This document shows, one piece after another, positions 26,418 to 36,771 of a stretch of DNA of 58,113 nucleotides. The position numbers were made by a program, and so were the translations under genes. Source of the DNA: Myxococcota bacterium (lineage in GTDB: Bacteria > Myxococcota > SpSt-1050); contig JBMFOP010000004.1 of the NCBI GenBank assembly GCA_049969675.1, positions 1-58,113 of the forward strand. The letters run 5' to 3'. Within the stretch, counting starts at the first letter, position 1; each line of letters begins with the position of its first letter. The notes under the pieces are model-generated. The model did not search any database and was not told the DNA's origin. It saw only the letters and a program-made list of their open reading frames with translations.

Positions 26418-29266
26418 AAAGGATGGTATTCTTTGTATTTTTCTTGCTTATATTAAATTCAGCCAATGCGAATCTTCTGGGGATACTGGGAGATGAACAG
26501 GAAGCGTATTCTTTGAAGGAGATGAAATATTTCAACTGGACGGTGCTGCATATTGTAGAAAATTATGTGGACCAGAAGAGGATAAATCCGTATGAGATGT
26601 TTAAGGCGGCATTGAGAGGGATTGAAAAGGCAGTCCCTGAGTTGGTTATAAAGTTGAATGAAGAGACATATGAACTTGATATCACTATGGGTGATAAGCA
26701 TATGAATCTAAAATTCAAAAAGCCTTCCCTTATATGGGAGAATACTATCCTTCTTAAGACAGTCTTTGATTTTATAGATGAGAATATCAAAAATAGAAAG
26801 AGATTATACGAAGTTGAATTTAGCGCAATCAATGAGATGCTCTCAGAACTTGACCCTCACAGCAATTTTATGAATGCCTCACAGTGCAATGAGTTAAGGA
26901 TATCCACGGCTGGTAAATTTGGTGGCCTCGGGATTATAATTCAATCTAAAAATGGCTATATTACTGTCGTATCACCACTTAAAGGAACACCTGCTCATAA
27001 GGCTGGGATAAAATCTGGGGATAGAATAATAAGGATTGATGATGAGTCTGCTGTAAATATGACACTTGATGAAGCAGTCAATAGACTTAGAGGTGAGCCA
27101 GGGACAAAGGTTACTATATATGTGATGAGAGAGGGGTGGACAGAACCGAGGAAGATGGTCCTGATAAGGGAGGAGATCAAGACGAGAGAAGTTGACAAAC
27201 TCCTTTTGTATGATGAGAAGAAGAGGCATAAGGTGGCATATATTAAAATCAATGGTTTTAGTGAAGAAACCTATGATGATGTCAGAAATGCATATAGGTC
27301 ATTAAAGGATGAGGCTAAAGGCTCCCTGAGTGGTGTTATAATAGATTTGAGAGATAATCCGGGCGGACTGCTGGATGCCTCTGTCAAGGTCTCAGATATA
27401 TTTTTAAAGAGTGGACTGATTGTTTCCACTCAGGCGAAGGATGGGGAGAAGGTAGAAGAGAAAAAGGCATATGAAGATAAGAATGATGTGGATATACCAC
27501 TGGCAGTACTCATCAATAGGGGCTCTGCCTCCGCATCTGAGATTGTAGCCGGCGCATTAAAAGACAATAACAGGGCAATTATCGTCGGGCAGACCTCGTT
27601 TGGAAAGGGGTCTGTTCAGATATTATATGATAGGGCCGCATCAAGTGATGAACTGGAGGGGCTGAAGAATTACAAACTTTCGCAATCTCCCAGAGATTGC
27701 CTTAAACTTACTATTGCAGAGTATATGACACCGAGAAATATCTCAATACAATCAATTGGTATCGTTCCTGATGTATATCTGGTTCCACAGGTTGTGCAGA
27801 AATATTCAATGAATATGTACTATTTCCCGAGATACTCCTCAGAGGTCAAACTTGAAAAACATCTGGAGAGCTCCCGTCCTCCCGAGGATAAGCCATTTGT
27901 TATCTTACCATATGTCTATAACAAGGATGACAATGAAGAGGAGGATGAAGACGGGCCATATAACAAGGATATAAAAGAAGATTTTGAGATGAAGTTTGCA
28001 AAGGAGATTCTCATAAATGGTAATAGCAACAATAGATTGAAATTAATTGAGACTGCGCAGAAGATGCGGGAGAGTTATTATGATGCTGAAAATAAAAAAT
28101 TTATGGATATACTAAAACAGAGGGGCATTGATTTTACAAATGGTGAGAACAAATCTATTGATGTAGAGATGTCAGTAGCATATAAACAGATAGTGTATAA
28201 GAATCAGGAGAAGAAGGATTCTTCAAAGAAGGAGGATAAGACAATTGAGAAGACCGAAATGATAAACTCTGAGATCTTAAAGGCGGGGAATGATTATTTT
28301 ATCAACTTTAAGTTAAAGAACAGGACAGATAGCCCTATATACAGATTGAGTGGTATTATAGAATCTCAGGACCCTGTCCTCAATGGAAAGGAGATCTTCT
28401 GGGGTTATATTCCTCCACAGGGTGTTCGTGAATATGATGTAATGGTTAAATTCTCCAAATCATTCCCCAGAGTAGCGATTCCGTACAGGGTTAGATTATT
28501 GATTAATGGAAAGTATCTGGATAAGAGCTTTGAGAGGGTTTTAAAGGTAGATAGCATTCCACAACCGCGCTATGTCTTTTCATATCATATCTCTGATAGC
28601 GGTGAGAATGGCAATATGAACGGAAAGATAGAGAAGGGGGAGACAGTCAAAATCCATGTTGAGGTAAAAAATACAGGAGATGGAGATGCCTTAAATGCCA
28701 GGGTCTCTTTACAAAATCAGTCCGGTAAGGCAGTCTTCTTAAAAAATGGGATGTGCACATTTGCGAAGATAAAGAAGGGGGAGAGTGATATCTGTGACCT
28801 CCAATTCTCCTTAAAGGATAAACCAGAATCAGATTTGAAATTTAAGCTTTATGTAACAGATGATGTCTTTTATGAAGAATCTTCTGTTGTATTGAATCTC
28901 CCTTTTGGTGCACCATTACGAAATCTGGCTACATCAAAGTTTGACCCGCCGATCATTAAGGTGATCTCTGCACCCGAGCAGGAGGTAATTGATAGAAAGA
29001 TGGCGAATATTGTATTTTCCGTCTTCAATTTGAAAGGAGAAGAGGATATATATATTAGAGTAAATGACAATAAGGCATTTTATCTAAAAAATTCTAATAA
29101 GAAGGATTCTATTGAAAATATAAAGGCTGAACTCCCGCTTAAGGAAGGATTCAATAATGTCTATATATTTGTGAGGATGAGTGAAGAGCAGTATGTATAT
29201 AAGAGAGTTGTGATTACCACACCCAAAAAGTTTGAACAGAATGATATAATAGCAGGACAGAACTGA
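26414..29266 (+). CDS. S41 family C-terminal processing peptidase with PDZ domain and a ~450-aa C-terminal extension
   Basis: FGGLGIII, PDZ (GTPAHKAGIKSGDRIIRID), DLRDNPGGLL, NRGSASASEIVAGALKD, TSFGKGSVQ. The extension contains CARDB/Ig-like segments (GETVKIHVEVKNTGDGDALN). ATGA overlap with gmk. Confidence 0.88.
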   Translation: MKRMVFFVFFLLILNSANANLLGILGDEQEAYSLKEMKYFNWTVLHIVENYVDQKRINPYEMFKAALRGIEKAVPELVIKLNEETYELDITMGDKHMNLKFKKPSLIWENTILLKTVFDFIDENIKNRKRLYEVEFSAINEMLSELDPHSNFMNASQCNELRISTAGKFGGLGIIIQSKNGYITVVSPLKGTPAHKAGIKSGDRIIRIDDESAVNMTLDEAVNRLRGEPGTKVTIYVMREGWTEPRKMVLIREEIKTREVDKLLLYDEKKRHKVAYIKINGFSEETYDDVRNAYRSLKDEAKGSLSGVIIDLRDNPGGLLDASVKVSDIFLKSGLIVSTQAKDGEKVEEKKAYEDKNDVDIPLAVLINRGSASASEIVAGALKDNNRAIIVGQTSFGKGSVQILYDRAASSDELEGLKNYKLSQSPRDCLKLTIAEYMTPRNISIQSIGIVPDVYLVPQVVQKYSMNMYYFPRYSSEVKLEKHLESSRPPEDKPFVILPYVYNKDDNEEEDEDGPYNKDIKEDFEMKFAKEILINGNSNNRLKLIETAQKMRESYYDAENKKFMDILKQRGIDFTNGENKSIDVEMSVAYKQIVYKNQEKKDSSKKEDKTIEKTEMINSEILKAGNDYFINFKLKNRTDSPIYRLSGIIESQDPVLNGKEIFWGYIPPQGVREYDVMVKFSKSFPRVAIPYRVRLLINGKYLDKSFERVLKVDSIPQPRYVFSYHISDSGENGNMNGKIEKGETVKIHVEVKNTGDGDALNARVSLQNQSGKAVFLKNGMCTFAKIKKGESDICDLQFSLKDKPESDLKFKLYVTDDVFYEESSVVLNLPFGAPLRNLATSKFDPPIIKVISAPEQEVIDRKMANIVFSVFNLKGEEDIYIRVNDNKAFYLKNSNKKDSIENIKAELPLKEGFNNVYIFVRMSEEQYVYKRVVITTPKKFEQNDIIAGQN

Positions 29267-29287
29267 TATCTACTCAGTTTCTTTTCA

Positions 29288-29450
29288 CACATCTGTCCAC
29301 AATAAATTTTAATTTAAGTCTCAGAGATATTGAAATTCATATGAATATATGTCGTAGTAGTTTCTACTAATTCTACAAATATTATTAGACAAGACACTAC
29401 CTGACTTTTCTAACTGGGGTTTATTATACAAAATTTTGTGGGAATGGCCC
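29288..29450 (-). repeat. Degenerate copy of the intergenic repeat family (copy I)
   Basis: The tail in minus orientation, CACATCTGTCCACAATAAATT...TCTCAGAGA, matches CACATCTGTCCAAAATA at 53865 and the reverse complement of the copy A tail. The body is poorly conserved. Confidence 0.35.
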
Positions 29451-29717
29451 TGAAACTTAAAGAGAGAAAAAGATGATTGCTATGATTGGGAGTTCTATTA
29501 TATAGTTTGTCTTTGTGAAAATTGTGAATGGCATTGTTCCTTTACAGATTGCTGGCATCATCTGTGTCCCGATGCTGGTGAGTGAGAATTTTAATTGTTT
29601 TGAAAAAAATAATATTTGCAGACAAAGTCCGCCTTTTGATGTTGAATTTTCTTGAATATATAAATGGGTTTTAATATAAGTATATTCAATATATACCTTT
29701 TCCAAAGGAGAGTTGTT

Positions 29718-30974
29718 ATGCCATTAAAGAAGGAGGTTCTGGAGTTTATTAGAAAGGATTCTCTGGAGAGATTTTTGAGGTATGTGAAGGTCTATACTAC
29801 CAGTAATGAGGAGAGTAATACAAACCCATCTTCAAAGAATCAATTTGACCTTGCAAATCTCATAAGAGATGAGTTCTCCGCGCTTGGTGTTAAAGCGGAG
29901 GTGGATGAATTCTGTTATCTCTACGCCACACTCCCCGCCAGCAATGGTGTAAATGTCCCACCAATCAGCTTTATTGCCCATCTGGATACTTCACCGGCAG
30001 TTTCAGGGGAGAATGTGAAACCAGTAATTCATAAAAATTACAATGGTGGTGAAATAACATTTGCTGATAACCCAAATATGGTATTGGCACCAAAAGACTC
30101 ACCTGAACTTCTGGAATTTGTAGGGAAAGATATTATTACAGCCTCTGGCAACACTTTGCTTGGTGCGGATGATAAGGCTGGGATTGCAGAGATTGTGAGT
30201 ATGATTGCCGCCTTCATTAAATTTCCAGAGCTTAAACACCCAGAGATAAGGGTATGTCTTACGCCGGATGAGGAGATTGGATCTGGTACTGCAAAGATTG
30301 ATATCAATAAACTCGGGAAGGTTGCATATACTTTTGATGGTGGGATGATTGGTGAGATTGAGAATGAATGCTTTGATGCAATGGGTGCAAAGATTAAATT
30401 TTTGGGTCTAAATGTCCATCCGGGATATGCGAAGAATAAAATGATAAATGCGGCGGCTATAGCTGCAAGATATTATGCAATGCTACCCGAATACGAAACA
30501 CCTGAGAGGACTGAGCAGAGAGAGGGCTTCTTCCATCTCTTAAAAATCTCTGGTGATGAGAGTGAGGCGACTCTGCAATTTATAATTCGTGATTTTGAGC
30601 ATTCAAGGAATGAGAAGAGGGTAGAACTCTTAAATTCTCTTAAAGACTTCTTTGAGAAAAAATATCCAGGGCTCAGGATTGACATTGAGATAAAGGAACA
30701 ATATCGAAATTTCAAAGAGGTGCTGGATAAAACCCCGGAGGTAACTGACTTTGCCATAAAGGCAATAGAGATGGCAGGGATAAAACCTATAAGAAGGGCG
30801 ATAAGAGGTGGAACGGATGGGGCAAGGTTGAGCTTTATGGGTATTCCAACTCCAAATATATTCGCTGGCGGACTTCTATTTCATTCAAAAAAGGAATGGA
30901 TACCTGTTGAGGCATTTGAGAAGGCTATTGAAGTGGGTATCTATCTCTGTCAGCTCTGGGCGGAGAGGAGTTAG
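29718..30974 (+). CDS. pepT: Peptidase T (tripeptide aminopeptidase, M20B)
   Basis: Motifs AHLDTSP, GADDKAGIAEI, PDEEIG, GGTDGA. ATG at 29718 is preceded by AAGGAG. Confidence 0.92.
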   Translation: MPLKKEVLEFIRKDSLERFLRYVKVYTTSNEESNTNPSSKNQFDLANLIRDEFSALGVKAEVDEFCYLYATLPASNGVNVPPISFIAHLDTSPAVSGENVKPVIHKNYNGGEITFADNPNMVLAPKDSPELLEFVGKDIITASGNTLLGADDKAGIAEIVSMIAAFIKFPELKHPEIRVCLTPDEEIGSGTAKIDINKLGKVAYTFDGGMIGEIENECFDAMGAKIKFLGLNVHPGYAKNKMINAAAIAARYYAMLPEYETPERTEQREGFFHLLKISGDESEATLQFIIRDFEHSRNEKRVELLNSLKDFFEKKYPGLRIDIEIKEQYRNFKEVLDKTPEVTDFAIKAIEMAGIKPIRRAIRGGTDGARLSFMGIPTPNIFAGGLLFHSKKEWIPVEAFEKAIEVGIYLCQLWAERS

Positions 30975-31132
30975 ACTGATAAAAGGTCAGAGAAAAGAGT
31001 TTTGGGATAGGCGGAGAATCCATTCGTGCTGGATGAAGATGGGGAAAAGGATACTCAGAGCAGATAATGACTCCCTGGCTACTTCCTTACCGGATGGGCA
31101 GATATATTGGTGTTATAAAATAAGGAGATAGT

Positions 31133-31645
31133 ATGGAACTTCTTCCCTGTAGAGTTTGTAAAAAAGAGGTCTCAACAGAGGCAATTACCTGTCCTCATTG
31201 TGGTGTTCCAAGACCAGCAAATCATCTCTATAATGGCACAGGTATGGATTATAGGTCCAGTATTGAATTATTTGGCTATCCTCTTATTCATATTGCATAT
31301 GGCAAAGACAGAAACGGACAGTTAAGGGTAGCAAAAGGGATTATCGCTATCGGGCAGTTTGGGATTGGATTGATTACCTTTGCACAATTTGGAGTTGGGA
31401 TACTATTTGGGTTTGGGCAATTTATTATAGGTATTACAGCCATTGCTCAGGTTGCCATTACACTGCTATTTGGTATGGGACAGGTGGCTACAGGTTATAT
31501 TGCTATAGGGCAGATTGTTATTGGATATTACGGACTTGCTCAGGCTGGACTCGCAAAATACATATGGACAGCGAAATATAAAGACCCTGAGGCAGTCCTC
31601 TTCTTTAATTACTTAAAGGCTATCATTTTAAAATTTCTGGGGTAG
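31133..31645 (+). CDS. Zinc-ribbon protein with tandem GQ-type decapeptide membrane repeats
   Basis: N-terminal CRVC...CPHC zinc ribbon. About 7 consecutive ~10-aa units follow (IAIGQFGIGL, ITFAQFGVGI, LFGFGQFIIG, ITAIAQVAIT, LLFGMGQVATG, YIAIGQIVIG, YYGLAQAGLA). Confidence 0.6.
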   Translation: MELLPCRVCKKEVSTEAITCPHCGVPRPANHLYNGTGMDYRSSIELFGYPLIHIAYGKDRNGQLRVAKGIIAIGQFGIGLITFAQFGVGILFGFGQFIIGITAIAQVAITLLFGMGQVATGYIAIGQIVIGYYGLAQAGLAKYIWTAKYKDPEAVLFFNYLKAIILKFLG

Positions 31646-32183
31646 ATTATATAAATCCTTTGTAAATAGATAAAAAATCTATATTTTATATATTCCAGAA
31701 GATGACCTCTTATTATAATAAACTAAATTTAAACTCCTTCTCAGGTTAAAAATTATGCCTGATGAGACCACTTCTAAAAAACTGTAATTTCTATTGAGGA
31801 TTAAATAAAAAATTTGAGGTATTCCGAGTGTCAATAAATTTTCATTGCTTTTAAAATACTTCTCTTTTTTTTCTAAAGATTATAGAATTTTGAATTATGT
31901 ATAAGTCTTATTTTATCGCAGGTTGGTTGATAACGACTTAAAGTCATTTCCTTAACTCAAATAAGATAATTCCATTCAGCAGATTACAATATCTAAGGCA
32001 TCAGAGAGGGAGTATAAGATTTCAGAGACAATCAAAATTTAAAATTGCTATTAGAAGAAAATCTGTGTAAATATTTTTTGGTGATTAATTTATGGGATTG
32101 AATAAATTTGTTAATTAATTTAATTTAAGTTTGAATAATTTATTCTTTTAGTGTACAAGGTTCTCCAATCAGAGGAGTTAGAT

Positions 32184-33782
32184 ATGTCAGAAGAAAACAA
32201 ACAATTAGAAAATGAAAAGCAGAAAAACCCTTTAATGGAGATTGTACAACCCTTTGTAGACCTTATCCACGCCCCACGAGCATTATGGGGAGTAAATCTT
32301 GCATATACACTTGAAGGCTTTGCATATTTCGGGATACTCACATATCTGGCGATGTATTTTTCAGACTTTGTATTTAAGGTAGTTGAACACGCTGATGTCT
32401 GGTCACATAATATGGTGATGATTCTGACTGCGGGTATAGCGATTTCAATGGTGATATTGGGATTTGTGCCTGATAAGATTGGGGTTAGAAAGGCTCTGAT
32501 CCTCTCATTCTCATTGCTACTGGTCGGCAGGTTCTTTATTTCCGGGGCACATAGCCTTTTTGGATTTAATCCCTCCGGACTCTGGTCGCCTCTACATCTG
32601 ACTGTAATGCTCGGCATTCTTATTGTTTTGATTGGGTATGGGATGTATCAGCCCGCCGCATATGCCGCTGTAAGGCAATTTACAACTCCAAAGACGGCAT
32701 CTATGGGGTATGCGATGCTTTATGCCCTGATGAACGCTGGCTCTTCACTCGTAATGCTCTCATTTTTACTCAGGGATGAAAAGTTTCTCGGGCTCGGGAT
32801 TGAGGGGACTTTCTGGGTCTATACGGGGATTACAGCGATCTCTTTAATATCCACATACCTTATCCTCTCCAGAAAGACTGTTGAGGAGACTATAAAGAAG
32901 GCTAAAGAGGAGACAGAGATAATAAAGGCCGAGGAGAAAAAGAATGGGGAGGCCCCGAGAAATGAGGAGAGAAAGAGAATTGAAGATAAATCCAATGAAA
33001 GACTGTACATCCCGGTGACTGTATGGATAATAATTGTTGCCCTTATTGCAACAGCCCTATTTAGACTTCCAGCCCCCGCAAGTTATATTGTCTCTGTCAT
33101 TATCCTCCTCATTCCGATAATGTTGCTGTTACTGCCAGAGAGTACAAAGAGGCCGGTTCTCAAATGGATAATGGAACATCCACTTTCAAATACAAAATTC
33201 TTTGTATTCATCTTCTCACTAATCCCTGTTCAGACACTCTTTACATACAACTGGCTGATACTCCCACAGTATATTTCCAGGGCTTATGCAGGGTGGGTAG
33301 GTGAATATTTTGAGATAGCCTCAAATCTGAATCCGATTTTAATATTTGTACTTGTCCCAATTATTACTGCTGCAACAGTAAAGGCAAAGGTTTATAATAT
33401 GATGATATTGGGAACTCTGGTGATGAGTCTTTCTGCATTTGTACTTGCAATTGACCACAATGTTATTACGCTTGGATTGTATATCCTGATTATGACTGTT
33501 GGGGAGGCGATGTGGTCTCCAAGATTTTTACAATATGCAACTGAGATTGCACCAGAGGGGAAGGCGGGTCTGTATCAGGGTGTGGCTCAGCTCCCATGGT
33601 TTTTGACAAAATTTCTTGTCCCGCTCCTATATTCGGGCTGGATGATTGAAAAGTACTGTCCGCAAAACGGATGTACATCGCCCGAGAAGATGTGGTTTAT
33701 ATTCGGACTCATAGCCATCGTATCACCTGTCATTCTGATTGTAGGTAAGGGCTGGCTGAGTAAGGATGTAAGTGGAAGATAA
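32184..33782 (+). CDS. MFS transporter, POT/PTR2-like (putative peptide transporter)
   Basis: About 12-14 TM helices. The segment LEGFAYFGILTYL resembles the POT E..ERF.YYG motif. There is a long charged central loop. ATG at 32184 is preceded by AGGAG. Confidence 0.55.
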   Translation: MSEENKQLENEKQKNPLMEIVQPFVDLIHAPRALWGVNLAYTLEGFAYFGILTYLAMYFSDFVFKVVEHADVWSHNMVMILTAGIAISMVILGFVPDKIGVRKALILSFSLLLVGRFFISGAHSLFGFNPSGLWSPLHLTVMLGILIVLIGYGMYQPAAYAAVRQFTTPKTASMGYAMLYALMNAGSSLVMLSFLLRDEKFLGLGIEGTFWVYTGITAISLISTYLILSRKTVEETIKKAKEETEIIKAEEKKNGEAPRNEERKRIEDKSNERLYIPVTVWIIIVALIATALFRLPAPASYIVSVIILLIPIMLLLLPESTKRPVLKWIMEHPLSNTKFFVFIFSLIPVQTLFTYNWLILPQYISRAYAGWVGEYFEIASNLNPILIFVLVPIITAATVKAKVYNMMILGTLVMSLSAFVLAIDHNVITLGLYILIMTVGEAMWSPRFLQYATEIAPEGKAGLYQGVAQLPWFLTKFLVPLLYSGWMIEKYCPQNGCTSPEKMWFIFGLIAIVSPVILIVGKGWLSKDVSGR

Positions 33783-33794
33783 CAGTTAATCTGA

Positions 33795-34925
33795 CTAACT
33801 ATTAATTCCATAAAAGGGGAAGATATTCTTTTCATAGAAATTGAGAATCCTCTCTGCCTCTTTTCTTGCAATATCTTTCTCCGGGCCGGATACAAATAGA
33901 TTCATATCTTTTAGACTACCTAATGTGTGCTCCAGACTACCCATAAATGTTCCACCAAGCATAAGTGAGGAGTAGTCCTCTGTCTCAATCTCATTAATCA
34001 CTGCCCATGCGAGTGTATATCCGCGTACTATGTTGTCGGGGTTGTAGCCTCCTCCTCCAAATGCAACCAACTTCTTAGAATGCTCTGTTATAATCTTTAC
34101 AGCTTCAATATATGAATTGTTTGTAAGTCTTAGATGTGTGAGTGGGTCTGTGCTCATCATATCTACACCTATCTGTGCAATGGTGATGTCGGGGTCAAAC
34201 CTGTTGATTATAGGAGGAAAGATATTCTTAAATAGAAAGAGGAATACCTCATCATCAGAATATCCATTGAGTGGAATATTTAGATTATAGAATCTCCCCT
34301 TATCTTCTCCAAGTTCATCTTCAAATCCAGAGAATGGGAATAAGGTCTTCCCTGATTCATGAAATGACATCTTCAATACATCTGGATTTGAATAGAATCC
34401 ATTCTGTATTCCATCTCCGTGATGGGCATCTATATCAATATAGAATATCCTCTTCTTCTCTCTCAAGAGGAGTTCAATCAATATCCCGATGTCATTTATA
34501 TAACAAAATCCTGATGCGCGCTCTCTCATCGCATGATGTAGTCCACCCACAGGGACAAATATTCTGTCTGCATCATTAAGTCGTAAAAATGACTCATATG
34601 CCATTGCTGAGTGCAAAAGTGCCACATCAAATATCCCCTTAAAGACTGGGTTGTCTGGCAACCCGATTCCGTATTGTAAAAATTCAGCTTCTATCTCGCC
34701 AGTATTTGCGATTTTTAATATGTCTGTGTATTTATTGGTGTGAAAGAGTCTTATATGCTCCTCTCTCCCATTATCCTGTAAAATTATCTGATGCTCTCCA
34801 ATAAGATTTAGCCTGTGAGCGGAGTTAAGAAAGAGTTTGCCCCTATCCAATCTGAATGGATGATTTACTCCATATGAATACCTCTCAAATCTTTCGGAAT
34901 AAATTATCTTACAAACAGGTTGCAT
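33795..34925 (-). CDS. Histone deacetylase-family (AcuC-like) Zn-dependent deacylase
   Basis: Motifs GGLHHAMRERASGFCYINDI and IDIDAHHGDGIQ. 1-nt gap from the upstream gene. Confidence 0.9.
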   Translation of the reverse strand: MQPVCKIIYSERFERYSYGVNHPFRLDRGKLFLNSAHRLNLIGEHQIILQDNGREEHIRLFHTNKYTDILKIANTGEIEAEFLQYGIGLPDNPVFKGIFDVALLHSAMAYESFLRLNDADRIFVPVGGLHHAMRERASGFCYINDIGILIELLLREKKRIFYIDIDAHHGDGIQNGFYSNPDVLKMSFHESGKTLFPFSGFEDELGEDKGRFYNLNIPLNGYSDDEVFLFLFKNIFPPIINRFDPDITIAQIGVDMMSTDPLTHLRLTNNSYIEAVKIITEHSKKLVAFGGGGYNPDNIVRGYTLAWAVINEIETEDYSSLMLGGTFMGSLEHTLGSLKDMNLFVSGPEKDIARKEAERILNFYEKNIFPFYGINS

Positions 34926-34926
34926 A

Positions 34927-36768
34927 TCAGAATTTTACTTTGAGAGAATATGTGTCCTCATCCAGTTTTGTCTCAATCTTCATATCAATCTTGTAGAATA
35001 CTCTTAGCATCTTTTTATTGGTTGCCAGAACCTCAGCCTTGAATCCGCTAATCCCTCGCTCCATGGCTATCTGGGCAATATATTTTAGCATATATGTCCC
35101 GATTCCACGGTTCTGGTAGTCGTCTCTCACCACAATTGCCACCTCGGCAAAATTATCCGATGGGTCTCTATTGTATCTCACTATTCCGATTATCTCTTCA
35201 TTCTCCGGGGGGCCTATTATTGCCACAATTGCCATCTCATCCTGATAATCAATATTTACAAGATGCTGAAGTTTCTCATGTGGGAGTGCCTTGAGGTACG
35301 AGAAGAATCTAAAATAGATAGTCTCATCAGAAAGTCTATAGAAGAACTCCCTCTCAAGTGGTTCATCTGTCGCCTTAATTGGCCTGAAAAATACGGTGAG
35401 ATCTCCAAATTTCTTGTATCTCTCATATTGTTGTGGATAGTACTTCCCCATCGGTGTAAGTGGGAGCTGGTCTTTTGGAACATATCTGAGTTCCTTTGCC
35501 TCTTCAAGCAACTTATCTCTAAAATCTGGATGGGCAATGGCTATTAATTGCATCGCCCTATCTCTGATATTCTTACCGTGCAGGTATGCAACTCCATATT
35601 CGGTGATTACATAATGTACATCGGCTCTTGATGTCACAACTCCAGCACCAGGTGGGAGTTTTGATACAATCCTTGAGACGGTTCCTCCTTTTGCAGTGGA
35701 TGGCATAACTATAATAGGTTTTCCACCTTTACTTCTGGATGCGCCCCTGATAAAATCCACCTGCCCACCAAATCCAGAATAGAAGTAATATCCGATAGAG
35801 TCAGCTACTACCTGTCCGGTGAGGTCAATCTGAATCGCCCCATTTATTGAGACCATCTTATCATTCTGGGCAATGATGAAAGGGTCGTTTGTGTATTCAA
35901 TAGGATGAAATTCAATTAAGGGGTTGTTATCTACAAATTGATATAACTTTTTAGTTCCCATGCAGAAGGAGGCGATCACTTTATCTCTGTGAATTGTCTT
36001 GAGTTTATTTGTGATATTTCCATTCTCTATCAATTCAATAATCCCATCCGAGAACATCTCTGTATGCACACCAAGGTCGTTTTTATTTTTTAATTCGTTT
36101 AGTGTCGCATCAGGAATCGTCCCGATGCCTACCTGAATGGTGGAACCATCCTCAATCAACTTTGAGACATTCTTCCCTATTTTGATGGCGATATCATTTG
36201 GTTTTGGATGTTTGAGTTCAATAAGCGGTGTGTCTGTCTCTACTATATAATCAATCTGCGAGATATGGATGAATGAATCTCCGAGTGTACGAGGCATCTG
36301 ACTATTTATCTCTGCGACTACTATCTTTGCATTCTCAGCCGCAGCCTTTACTATATCTACATTTACCCCATAACTACAGAAGCCATATTTGTCCGGGGGC
36401 GTCACTGAGATGATTGCAATATCAATCTTGATCCTTTTCTTCTTAAAGAGGTCAGGGATTTCAGAGAGGAAGATGGGTATATAATCGCCCCTACCCTGCT
36501 GTATGGCATCCCTGATGGTAGGACCTATAAAAAGTGCACAGTATCTTACATTCTTCTTGAACGGCTCCTCATGATATGGTGTGAGTCCAAGGGTCAGAAT
36601 ATGTAGAATCTCCATATCCTCTGTGTACATAATCTTCTCATTGATCGCCTTAATAATAGTCCTCGGCTCTGCTGCACCGGAGCCCAGAAATAGCCTCATC
36701 CCCGGCTTAATTAATTCAGCAATAGTCTCAGCTGATTTGACTTTATCTCTGTATTTTTCAGGCACCAT
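34927..36768 (-). CDS. Fusion protein: acetyl-CoA hydrolase/transferase (4-hydroxybutyrate CoA-transferase-like) domain plus Pat-type GNAT acyltransferase domain
   Basis: The N-terminal ~430 aa carries the CoA-transferase signature (INGAIQIDLTGQVVADS...SGFGGQVDFIRGA). The C-terminal ~160 aa is GNAT (FRPIKATDEPLEREFFYRLSDETIYFRFF ... VRDDYQNRGIGTYML). Confidence 0.8.
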   Translation of the reverse strand: MVPEKYRDKVKSAETIAELIKPGMRLFLGSGAAEPRTIIKAINEKIMYTEDMEILHILTLGLTPYHEEPFKKNVRYCALFIGPTIRDAIQQGRGDYIPIFLSEIPDLFKKKRIKIDIAIISVTPPDKYGFCSYGVNVDIVKAAAENAKIVVAEINSQMPRTLGDSFIHISQIDYIVETDTPLIELKHPKPNDIAIKIGKNVSKLIEDGSTIQVGIGTIPDATLNELKNKNDLGVHTEMFSDGIIELIENGNITNKLKTIHRDKVIASFCMGTKKLYQFVDNNPLIEFHPIEYTNDPFIIAQNDKMVSINGAIQIDLTGQVVADSIGYYFYSGFGGQVDFIRGASRSKGGKPIIVMPSTAKGGTVSRIVSKLPPGAGVVTSRADVHYVITEYGVAYLHGKNIRDRAMQLIAIAHPDFRDKLLEEAKELRYVPKDQLPLTPMGKYYPQQYERYKKFGDLTVFFRPIKATDEPLEREFFYRLSDETIYFRFFSYLKALPHEKLQHLVNIDYQDEMAIVAIIGPPENEEIIGIVRYNRDPSDNFAEVAIVVRDDYQNRGIGTYMLKYIAQIAMERGISGFKAEVLATNKKMLRVFYKIDMKIETKLDEDTYSLKVKF

Positions 36769-36771
36769 ATA

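Noticed and set aside
30907-31131. 74-aa ORF overlapping the pepT 3' end, and the 74-aa ORF at 50262-50486 in the convergent gap
   Set aside because: No RBS, no motifs, an Arg/Trp-rich or otherwise odd composition, and overlap with a confident gene or an AT-rich spacer. I treated both as spurious.
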